From Spirogloea muscicola (taxonomy: Eukaryota), in assembly GCA_009602725.1 (NCBI GenBank), contig WELB01000013.1:188464-252463 (forward strand): a stretch of 64,000 nucleotides of DNA. Direction: 5' to 3'. Every line of letters starts with the position of its first letter. The stretch's first letter is position 1. This document shows, one piece after another, positions 1 to 10,399 of this stretch. The notes beneath the pieces were generated by a model. The model saw only the letters and a program-made list of their open reading frames with translations. It was not told the DNA's origin and did not search any database. A program made the position numbers and the translations under genes.

Positions 1-59
1 TTCCCTCCCTCCCTCCCCCGTTCTGCCATAGCCTCTTAAGGCCCCGCAATCGCTGCTTA

Positions 60-870
60 GCTTGTAATTTGGCCCCTTCGAACCTTGTCAATTCTATTCG
101 GGCTGGCTTCTCACAGCCCTTGCCCCCATTGGGAGAGCCAATTCTTCACTTGGAAGAGTTGTTTCTCGGAGTCGCTGTGTGCTTTGGCGCTTTTCGCGAG
201 CAGGCCGTGCTATGGCCGCCGCCTCGGGGTCCTCGGCGGAGTGCCTCTTTCCCTGCAGCGAGCTACTCAGACCTGATGTTGCTCACTCGTGGATACTGAG
301 CTTCCCTCTGCATCGTCTGTGTTCTGCAGTGTTTTGTAGTGTAGTCCTCTTTGGCTTTGGACATTGTCCATTCTTTATTGGGCTGGCTTTGCCAGCCCCT
401 CTTCTCTATGGGCGCGCACTTCTTCTCTCTGGCCCCTTCGGACTTTGTACATTGATCTACACTAACTGCTCATCACAGCCATCACACAACGGCTCTTCAA
501 GTATGAGGCAGGGGCTGTGGATAGCCAGCCAGCCCAGAAGAAGTGGACAAGGTCCCAAGGGCCGAAAGGCGCCGAAACCACACAGCTATGCAAGAGACTA
601 CAGCGGATGGGAGCATAGTAATGCCGAGTTAGCAGCAGCAAGTCGGAGTACCTTGCAGCTGGAAAAGAGGCATCCCGACGAGACCCAGAAGCAGCAGCCA
701 CAGCTCGGCCTGCCCGCAAGTGCATTGCGTGAGCCAGGGTGGCCAGCCCGAACGATTGGACAAGCTGGGGGGCAAGAGCCTTTTTCAGGAGGCGATGACT
801 GTGTCAGAAAAGAAACGCTTCAGGGGGGGGCGGTGCCTGTTAAAGGCCAGCCTAAAAAGAATGACAGTAA
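60..870. mobile_element. Cluster of 3'-end fragments of a CRE-like RLE non-LTR retrotransposon (+ copy ~195-440, - copy ~480-740, extra 3' motif copies)
   Basis: The + copy encodes RAGRAMAAASG..RRSASFPAASYSDLMLLTRGY* and closely matches 51138-51390. The - copy encodes LRAGRAVAAASGSRRDASFPAARYSDLLLLTRHY. Both match the C-terminus of the longer RLE ORFs at 50691-51240 and 57360-58649. Confidence 0.75.
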
Positions 871-1311
871 AGGGGAAGCCCCAGCATGGTATGCAAACAG
901 CAGAAATCAGTGGCTGCAACAAAGTACTTCTCAGCAACCTCAACTTTCAATCCGCAAGTAGGTATGGATGAGCTGGGAAGGAGTCGGCCCAGGAGAGAGG
1001 GCGCCAGGGAAGTGTCTAGACAAGCGAGGGAGAGAGACAGTAAACGAGGGGATGCACAATATAGGGCGATGTGGCATCAAAACAGATTCGTCTTGGCAGC
1101 CCAGAATCAGACAAATAGAGACACACTAAATGAGCCTAAGAGTGGTCTCTCTAGCACGACGTGGTTGTCCAACGGTCATGCAGAGTGATCTGGCCACATA
1201 AAGCGGCCTCCTAGCACCTGCATCGTGGCAGGCGCTTGTCGTCTCGGCCGCCAAGTCGTCCCGACGGCTCAGTGGCCTGCACCTGCAAGATCTTGAGGAT
1301 ATTATGTTGGT

Positions 1312-4300
1312 CTAGAATGCATACGAGGCGATGTACGCCGTCTCGAGCGTCGGCGCCATCCACGCTGGAAGCGCAGCAAACGCTGCCTCAAATGCAGCGC
1401 CCATGTCAGTGCTCGCTGCGAGGTCCATGACTGCCAGGTCGGCCAGGAGTGCGCCACTGTCCACCACCTGCAGTGGGGCCCCGGCCGTTTGTCACACTTC
1501 ATAATCAGTACTTGCGTCCAGGACTTTAGAATGCATGCACTACACCATGACATATCACATGTTGGAGGTGCACTTATGTGATTGCGATTCACTATGAGCA
1601 ATCAAAATCATGTCGCATTCTCAATGTATTCTCAGACAGAATGACAGACCAAGGAGCATACGGGCCACGGCATGCCAGGCGCTCACATCAACCCAGAAGC
1701 TCCATGAGGTGCGACCACTAAATCGGAGGAAGTACGAGGACGGCGACGCCTCTCTTTCTGCTGCCGCGCCTGCGTGGCGAGGAGCTGCGTGGACCCGCCA
1801 TTGTCAGGGGCTTACAGCAGCGGTGGAAGAGGGAGAGCCGTGGCAGCGCAGGAAGGGGAGCAAAGCCGTGCATACTTGGCAGCTGGCTACTGGCGAGCGA
1901 CCACCCGGCGATTGGGCCTGTGACATTGACAACTGCAACCCACACCTGCGCCAGCGCCCTGCCGCGGAGCCACCTCCAGAAGTAGTTAAATAAATATCAG
2001 GTTCTAGTGCCAGCGCCCTTTCGCAGATGCGGACTTGGTGTGTGCCATCTTGCGCACGATTTTGTCCCAAAACAGCATCAGCAGCAGCAACAGCAGCGCC
2101 GGGGGGCCGCAGGAATGGCGGCATCAGCGGCCGCAGCAGCGGCAGCGGCACCGGAGTTGGAGGACGCACCCAGTAGTCAAGTTCAGGTGCAGGCGCCGCA
2201 GGAGGCGCCGCCGTTGCGCTGTCCCTGTGCCTCCTTCCTCGCCCCACCCCTCCTCCACGCCCTCCTCTCGCGCCAGGCGTAGCGCTGGAAGGCCAGCAGG
2301 GTCTGCTGCCGAAGGCAGGGTCAGCGGCAGCGCCTTTGTGCGGTGCAGCATTGCTGATACCGGGTACCAGGCCTGCGACAATGACGCGACGTTGCCGTAG
2401 TCAGCCTGTCTCTTGAGCCCGACCAAAGGGCCAATGAGTAATGCAACGCCCAGCTCGCCTTCGGTCAATAAGTTGTTAACATTGGCTGCAGATTGCAGGT
2501 CAAAGATAAAAACCAAGCGCTGATGTTGAGGGGGGCTAGGCTTGGCCCCAGACCTTAAGGTCGGCTGTCTACTGTCAGGAGCTAGGCAGGAGTTCAGCAA
2601 CAAAACCCGTACTAGCAGTGCCCGGGGGTCGGCGTCCTCCCATGAGGCGCTGGCGTGCGCACTCAGCGCCAACCCGGATAGTGACGGGCAGTGCGCCAGA
2701 ACAAACTGCACATCGTTCGCGTCACCTGTCGCCAGCACGAGGGCCGAGCGCCCCACCTCGCCGCCTGGTGCGGCGCCGGTGCCAGGGGGCAGGCGTGGCA
2801 GTGTGAGCCTGACCAGCAGCTCCGCTAGGGGCGGAAGCTCAAGCAGTGAGGCGTTGCAGCGGCCGCTCACCCTCTACATAGATAGTGTGCTGGACAAGGA
2901 GCCGCTTGGGCGCGGTCGCCGAGTATGGGAACGCGCCGGACGTGGTGACGGCAGCCGCCACTGCTCCTACAAGCAGCAGCGCCGCGGCGGCGCGGGGCCG
3001 ACCGATGGCGCGCCGCGCTAGTGGCAGCAGCGGTGACGCTGCCACCGCTGTCAGCGCGCCCAGCGCCGCTGCCAGGGCCACGTCCGCAATGTACGGGCCT
3101 GCCACAATTCACATGCGCCTCGTTGGGTGGACCATGCAAGCAACACCACCAGCACCATAGGTTACTTGCACAGCAGCAAGCCAGGCAGGGGTCGCCACTG
3201 CACACCAAGCGGCAGCGGAGGTGTCCCGGCTGCTCCAAGCTTCTCCACGAGGAACTGTACAACCACAGCGCCAAATTGAAGCGTGTGAGCCGTCGGCGCC
3301 AGCGCCGGGACCAGGTAGCCTGCCGTGGCCCTGCGCCAACGCCGTCGACCGCAATTGTCAACGGCATGGGGCAGGCCTCCAGATTGCAGCAATCAAGCCA
3401 GCACGACGGTGGCCGCTGAATGAGCCACCACGTGACTGTTGATATGCTCACTAGTCAAGTGCATACAGCGGCGAGTCGGGGCCGAGACGACGCTGCAGAG
3501 CACGGAAGAATGTCAGAGCTGGCGCCATGCAAGCGGCCCAGAGTAGCGCCCAGTAGCTGTTCCCACCACCAGCTTCCAGGACCGCCTGCCGCCACGACAA
3601 CCGTGACCACCAAATACGGCTTGTCATGAGCCATGCAGCAGCGTCGGAGGTCTCAGCTGGTTCCACAACATAGACGCCCAGGGACAGACGGGCCTCGCAC
3701 CATGCCAATGACAGCTCGTAGGCCCACGACGCCACCCCAGTGGTCACCCCACTCTGCCAATGCCTGGCCCGCCACCATACACCGAAACTCTTTGGTTAGA
3801 TCTAGCTCTGGCACAATAGCATACGCGAATGCAATCAGAAGGAGCAGTAAATTTCATGGTCAGAACGGCAGTTCGCTAGGAGGTCCTACAAGCTGCTCCT
3901 GTGGCAGGCCCCAATACGGGAGCAGCAGCCCAGCAAGTGCTGCCGGCACTGCTACGACCCCTGCAATGGCTGGGCGCGCATACCTGCAGACCCAGCATGC
4001 GAGCGGCATATCAGGAGTCACATCTGGAGTCGTCACAACAGCTGAGCTGCCGTGAAAGCCCATGGAAGCAAAGTCAGCAATGACTGGCAAGGGCTGCAGC
4101 GGCCCGTACCAAGTCATGGAGGCCCCAGATGCGGCCACCTTTGCAGCGGCGACAAGCGTAGGCAGGAGCATGGCGAGGACCCAGGCGGCGGCCTGTGCAA
4201 GGGCCCCCACCCCAACTGCCGCGAGGCGGCTAAGAAGCGTGACACGTCGGCTGCTGGCCTTGGTGCCTTCGCCACCAATTCCACCATCGGGTTCGAGAAG

Positions 4301-7126
4301 CAGGATGCCGCCAAGCGCTGCCACCAGGAGCCCTATGTGGAGGCACAGCGCCGTTTTGCGCGAGTAGTAGACCTGCCCCACAGCACCAAACGCTAGCAAC
4401 CATATGTGATGCAACAGGGGTACAATGAAGTAGTATGGATTGTGCTCTGTGGTCCAGGCCGAGGTCATCCCCCTGCCTTCACAGCAGCATTTTTTCCAGG
4501 CCATTAACTGTGAATTATGTTGGACTGGTGGGCCTGGGAGGCCTGAATTACGCCTACCACATAGAGGCCGAAGATGTCAAAGTACACAGGTGTGCCTTCC
4601 CGGAGTTTCTGGTTGTGCTGCCGCTGTGCTCGCGTCTGCAGCTCCGGGGAGCTGGCGAAGCCCCGCACCAGTGCCAGGAGATTCTCGCCACGCACCTGCA
4701 GCGCACCCGGCCTGCACCACCGTAGCATGGAACTTATTGCAAGTAGAGTACAGAGCAGCTTATTGCAGGGTACGAAGTTTTAATTACAACTGGCAGCATC
4801 GCACAACCCTCAAGGCAAATGATGCCAGGTGACCTTTGCCCAAAGCAGCGCGTGGAGAGGAAGCGCTGTATCTATCAAGTCTCCGGCAATCAGCAGAAAT
4901 TTTCAGATTGGGCAGAAGTAAAAAGGATGGGGGTGACTGAAGGCATGAAGGTAGCACAAATCTATTGCACGCATTATGTAGCCTGGCGTCACAATATTGT
5001 GATTTGCTCTAGGCTTAGAGGGAAGGGTTTCAGGCCGCCGTCGTACTCAAGGGCCTCAGGAGTGTCCAGCAGCGTGTGGTACGCATAGCCATTGAGCAGG
5101 AAGACGCAGTCCAGGCCTGGCACGTTGTCAAAATCGGCGCTGAAGACGCGGTAGTCTGTGTCTCCGGGGACTAGCGGAAAGATATCCTGCGTGCGCCACC
5201 ACTTGCCAGCTCATCAGCCGATAATCCGTACCCCTGCACTCTGCATCCGCAGCACATGGACTGCCGAGCACTGAGCATGCACGCTTCGGCATGCGCTTGC
5301 TGCAGGCTGCTCGCCAGATTGTCCGGGCACTAGTATCGTCAGGCTGCACAGCCCCGCCGAGGCACCTGTGCGACAACATTGGCGGCGGGGTGCACGGCAT
5401 GGTGGGCATACACTCGCGCCGGCCACGCACCAGGCCCGCTCTGCACTACCAGCTCTGGATCCAGCAGCCAACCAGCGCATACGATGGCAGAGCAACGGTA
5501 TCAGACAAGCTATCTAGACCTGACTCTTACACGTCTTTCACTCTCTAACCTAAGCGACACCTAACCACCAGCTTCAAAGTAGACAATTCACCCTGGATGG
5601 ACATTACCACTTTGTTGTGAGTGCCACACATGGCGGCCTCTGACCTGGGAGGGCAGTGCCAGTCGCCTCAAGGTTGATGACCGCGCCAATTGTCGCGGCC
5701 CAGGGGTGCGAGCTCACAAAGCCGTGTGCGCCCTGCCGGCAACACTGGCAACGAGAGTGAGAGAACTTGGTCGGGTGGGAGGGAGAGGGAGGAGCCTCGT
5801 TCAGGTCTGGCGCCAGCAAGGAGCACGGGCACAGTGTGTACTATGCCGAGAAAGCTGTGCTTGGAACGCTAGAGGCTCACCACCATGAAGATCTCCTCGC
5901 CACCATTGAAGAGCAGGACTACTGGCGCGGCAGGCGCGAGGTCGCCATCAACCAACTGACGGAAGACCTCCAGCATCGCCGCTGCCATGCAGGCGCGGCC
6001 GCCATCTCGTTATGTCAGGAAGGCCACAGCAAGGCAGCAGGGGTCAGCCAGGACTGCGCTCACACGTGCAGCCGCTCCAAAGTAGCCTGGGCGAGTTGCG
6101 GCATATGCTGATTCCGGCTCTGGCCTTGATGGCGGCGGGTGAGCTCACCAACACAGGAGGCGCAGTCGGCGGCGCCAGGCGAGCCCAGCGCGCTGTCGAA
6201 GTGGCTGTTGACGAGCACCGCCGCAGCATCCGGCGATGCCAACGCCGCTGAGATCCTGCGCTCTGGACCGCCGCCGCACTGCCGAGTAATCAGCGCCCCC
6301 AGCGCAGCGCCCACCCTAACCCTAAATCTTTAAACCCTAACCCCTAAACACTAAAGTCCGCTGCTTCCCAACGAGCCTGGCAGGCAGGGACCTGACGGCG
6401 ACGCCCGGGATGTTGGCGTATGCCAGCGTGATGTCATGGTTTAGGAAGTGCATGTTGAACGAGCCGTTGACGGCGAAGTCGTCCACCTCCACTCTGCACG
6501 GCGTTACAAATTGTACTTCTTGTACTTATAGGCTTTCAGGGTTTAGGTGACAAATTTAGGGTTGTGCAACTAGCGAGCAGAGCCGTAGGGCTTAAGGATT
6601 CAGTGTTTAGGGGTTAGTATTAGTAGATGGCAGCTGCGCCTGCAGAAGCGGGGAAGGCGGCGGCGGGCGGACCTGAGCTCGGCGCTGGCTCTGCCAGCGA
6701 TGGCTCTGAGCTCCCGGCGCAGGTAGGCGGCGCCGCCAGCGAGCCCCGGCGTGCCCTCCTGCACCACCGGAGCGCCCAGCTCCCTCAGTCGCGACGCAGG
6801 GCTGGCTTTGGCGGGCCGCGGCGGGGCGGCTAAACCCTGAATCTAATTCGTCAAAATTGTGCCCTAACCCTAATGTTTCGTCTTCAGCGGCGGCGGCGGC
6901 AAAGGCACCTGGCGGTGCCCGATGGCGCCGGCGAGCTCGACGACGTGCCGCATGGCGCGCTCCTCGGAGAAGGCGGCGAGCGGCGTGGACGCGGCGGGCC
7001 GGGAGGCCACGTGGCGGAGCGCCGCGGCGAGTAGGACGGCGCCGGCCTCGCCGGCCACCATCATGTACTTGACGCCGCCGAGGTAGAGGCCCGTCGTCGC
7101 CAGATGGCCGGGGTTGTTGAACTCGC
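1312..7126 (-). CDS. ER metallopeptidase 1-like M28 family zinc peptidase, multi-exon; true start unresolved at the gap
   Basis: Spliced exons read [116 protein letters not shown] and [12 protein letters not shown]. These are followed by TM segments and a last exon ending AYIASYAF* (TAG 1312-1314). Motif order matches plant ERMP1-like M28 peptidases. Confidence 0.88.
6310..6875. repeat. Degenerate telomere-like (telo-box; AAACCCTA/TTTAGGG-like) motifs in the first introns of the M28 gene
   Basis: accctaaccctaaatctttaaaccctaacccctaaa (~6313-6348), gggtttagg and tttagggtt (~6539-6563), taaaccctga (~6832), ccctaaccctaa (~6862). Confidence 0.6.
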
Positions 7127-7932
7127 NNNNNNNNNNNNNNNNNNNNNNNNNNNNNNNNNNNNNNNNNNNNNNNNNNNNNNNNNNNNNNNNNNNNNNNNNN
7201 NNNNNNNNNNNNNNNNNNNNNNNNNNNNNNNNNNNNNNNNNNNNNNNNNNNNNNNNNNNNNNNNNNNNNNNNNNNNNNNNNNNNNNNNNNNNNNNNNNNN
7301 NNNNNNNNNNNNNNNNNNNNNNNNNNNNNNNNNNNNNNNNNNNNNNNNNNNNNNNNNNNNNNNNNNNNNNNNNNNNNNNNNNNNNNNNNNNNNNNNNNNN
7401 NNNNNNNNNNNNNNNNNNNNNNNNNNNNNNNNNNNNNNNNNNNNNNNNNNNNNNNNNNNNNNNNNNNNNNNNNNNNNNNNNNNNNNNNNNNNNNNNNNNN
7501 NNNNNNNNNNNNNNNNNNNNNNNNNNNNNNNNNNNNNNNNNNNNNNNNNNNNNNNNNNNNNNNNNNNNNNNNNNNNNNNNNNNNNNNNNNNNNNNNNNNN
7601 NNNNNNNNNNNNNNNNNNNNNNNNNNNNNNNNNNNNNNNNNNNNNNNNNNNNNNNNNNNNNNNNNNNNNNNNNNNNNNNNNNNNNNNNNNNNNNNNNNNN
7701 NNNNNNNNNNNNNNNNNNNNNNNNNNNNNNNNNNNNNNNNNNNNNNNNNNNNNNNNNNNNNNNNNNNNNNNNNNNNNNNNNNNNNNNNNNNNNNNNNNNN
7801 NNNNNNNNNNNNNNNNNNNNNNNNNNNNNNNNNNNNNNNNNNNNNNNNNNNNNNNNNNNNNNNNNNNNNNNNNNNNNNNNNNNNNNNNNNNNNNNNNNNN
7901 NNNNNNNNNNNNNNNNNNNNNNNNNNNNNNNN

Positions 7933-8058
7933 AGGACGGCGCCGGCCTCGCCGGCCACCATCATGTACTTGACGCCGCCGAGGTAGAGGCCCGTCGTCGC
8001 CAGATGGCCGGGGTTGTTGAACTCGCCCATGATGGCCGACACCTCTGCCGCCGTCACC
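7933..8058 (-). CDS. Profilin, internal exon fragment (94 bp also present at 7033-7126 across the gap)
   Basis: After the acceptor ttgcag the exon reads [41 protein letters not shown], matching the plant profilin core (DF..PG.LAPTGL.LGG.KYMVIQGE.GAV). The first exon and the C-terminus are not visible. Confidence 0.8.
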
Positions 8059-8158
8059 TGCAAGGCAACGCCGCCAGGCGGAGCACAGTCCACACGCAGC
8101 GAAGCCTCAGCCGCAGCACTTCCGATCGTTTCCTTTGCCGGACGTCTTCCTTTGCCGG

Positions 8159-8194
<36 letters not shown>

Positions 8195-8869
8195 GCAGCG
8201 GCTCGGCGAGCCGCAGGTGGCGGCGGCAGTTGCGTGTTCCCTCGGGCAAATTGGGTAACCTTCGGATTTGTCGACTGTGCGGACATCAGAGAATTAGCGG
8301 ATTAGTTTGGGTGACCACACCGCGCCAAGGGGAACCAGGCCGATGTCAACGAATGCGTTTGTCTGGCCTTTCACCGCTCTTTACTATCAGCATTCATCAT
8401 ATTACTCCTTGGCTGGCCAGTCACAGCCATCGCTCTCCACCGCGAAGTGTATTATGCATCTTGACGGTTGACCAGCTCCGGTCAACGGCAGTCGCCTTGC
8501 TCGCAAACTCGTGGACGGCGACAGAGGACCAACGTTGACTAGCCCCGCCGCCGGCGGCGGCGGCGGCGTCGGCGGCGGCGGCGAAATTAGGGTTAGGTTA
8601 AGGTGCTCGGTCCGGGGATTGCTGAGCCTCGAGGTCGGGGGCCTGTGCCCGTCATTCTGCGCCGAGGCCCGGCGGCCGCCCAGCCAGGACAGCGCTCGCC
8701 GTGGGCGGCGCCAGCGCCAGCGGCGGCGGGCCAGCCCGCGGCATGCTCGGCGCAGCGGAGCCACGGCCTGCAGCAGGCGGAGGCGAGGGCGAGCGTGGCG
8801 ATCTCCCGCTCGCGCGGCGGCGCTGACGGAAAAGGTGGACGCGGCGTCGGCGGGCCGTCTCGAGGAGCC

Positions 8870-10126
8870 GATGGCCGCTTCGGCGGCGCCGCCGCCGCTC
8901 GCCGCCACGCCGCCGCCTCGCCGCCAGCGCCCACAGCCTCGCGCGGGATGTGACAGCGGCATCTTGGGTCTGGCCAAACGGAGTGCCGCTTCCGCCGCGC
9001 CCGGGCGCCGGCTCAGGACTGCGCGCTGCTTCGACCATGGAGGAGCGCCGGCAAGAGCTGCACCGCCACGAGGACTCGATGCGGCGGCGCCGCTGCCGAC
9101 GCGCGGCGGAGCGCCACAGGCAGCGGCGCAGAAGAGCGACGATGGGGCCGCAGCGCCGCTGCCGCGCAGCGGCGTCGCCCAATGGCTCATCCTGGAGGCC
9201 GTGCCTCAGACAGCACGGTGGACGTCCCTCGGCCTCTCAGTACCGTTCGCCGTCTATTCGGCCGTCTACCTCTGGGGCGACCTCGACCTCATCCGGCCGC
9301 TGACGCCCAGCGGCGTCGCCGGTGACCTGGAGCTTGCCGGGCGCAATGTCGCCAACAACCTCCTGCTGTGGCAGGTGCAAGCCGCCCACAAGCAAGCGCC
9401 ATTTTTGCCGTCCGACCAATCCCATATCCGTGTTGCACTTTGCACTGACAACCCTCATACCTGAGCTCTTGCATTCGCTGTCGTTGGCAGATCCACAGTG
9501 GCGCATCACTGGCCTTCCTGGTGACAGGGGCGCTGCAGTTCAGCCCGCGGCTCCGGCGGTCGCGACTCAGCTGGCATCGGGCCAGCGGGCGGCTCTTCCT
9601 GGTGGCCGCCGCCGTGCTGGCGCTGTCTGGCTCCACGCGCATGGCGGTGCAGTCGGATTTGAGCCCCGTTGGGACCGTTGCCGCCCACTTCATGGGGCCC
9701 TACTTCCTCTTCTCGTTGGCCCGGGCATACATGGCCATCCGGGGCGGCGACGTGCAGCTCCATCGCGAGTGGATGATCCGGGCTGCTTCCTTTGGGTCTG
9801 TCGTGCCATCACAATCAAACCAATCCCTTGACTGAGTACGACTATACCTCAGTGATCTAGATTTCGGACTCCTAACTTTCTCTACGGTTTCTCTTTCTGC
9901 TAGGTACGCAGTGATACACTCCCGGCACATAGCCTATATTGTTAAGGCCGTGTATGATGTGCCATTCCCGTTGGCGGTTGGCATGGCCCTGTGGCTATGC
10001 CAGGTCGCCTCAGTGGCGCTCGCTGAGCTGTACATCCAGCTTCGATACCACGGTCTGGCGGGCCTGGTGCCCCCTGTCTGGAAGCAGCCCGAGCTTGTGA
10101 GGCCCCACGAGGACCTAGGTACATAG
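8870..10126 (+). CDS. DUF2306-like membrane protein, 3 exons; start codon uncertain
   Basis: Spliced hydrophobic protein reading LLLWQ|IHSGASLAFLVTGALQFSPRLRRSRLSWHRASGRLFLVAAAVLALSG...AIRGGDVQLHREWMIRAASFG|YAVIHSRHI..., stop at 10126. The H..G/QF/HR..GR/HR.WM.R pattern is typical of DUF2306. Confidence 0.65.
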
Positions 10127-10399
10127 CTCGCATTCTCAGCGCGACGCAGCCTCGCGAATTTGCTGGACCAGCAGCATCTTAAGCTAGTCAACCAGCTTCC
10201 CTTTCCTATGCGGGAGTTCTAGAAAGTACTGATCCTTTCAAGGATATGCATCTGTGAAACAGCCAGAGGCTGGTATGACAGTTTTGTGTGATCATTGGAA
10301 CGAATTGGCTATCAAATTGGATAGCACGACCTGCTCATGGGACCTGCTCGTTAAGCGCAGGCAGGACTTTTGGCTCTACTATTGCACAAGGAATTGGGC

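Noticed and set aside
60..150. 3' motif as a CRISPR repeat or tRNA-derived SINE (ggttcgaa B-box-like on the minus strand)
   Set aside because: Eukaryotic context, irregular spacing and mixed orientation; no A box or cloverleaf; the ggttcgaa is not conserved among copies.
545..585. Hammerhead-like ggccGAAAggc..GAAAc on the antisense strand of the 3' motif (also ~59230, 59495, 60250)
   Set aside because: The CUGANGA core is not conserved (ccaaagg, ctgaagg, ccgatgg), and I could not find stems I/III or an NUH cleavage site.
8402..9190. Long overlapping ORFs on both strands in GC-rich stretches (also 24357-25627 + and 27471-28616 -)
   Set aside because: These are stop-poor shadow frames of GC-rich exons and UTRs, with no recognisable motifs.
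10236..10250. ATATCCTT U12-like donor on the minus strand downstream of the POLE2 stop
   Set aside because: It lies in 3'UTR or intergenic sequence with no matching branch site or acceptor identified, so it is likely chance.
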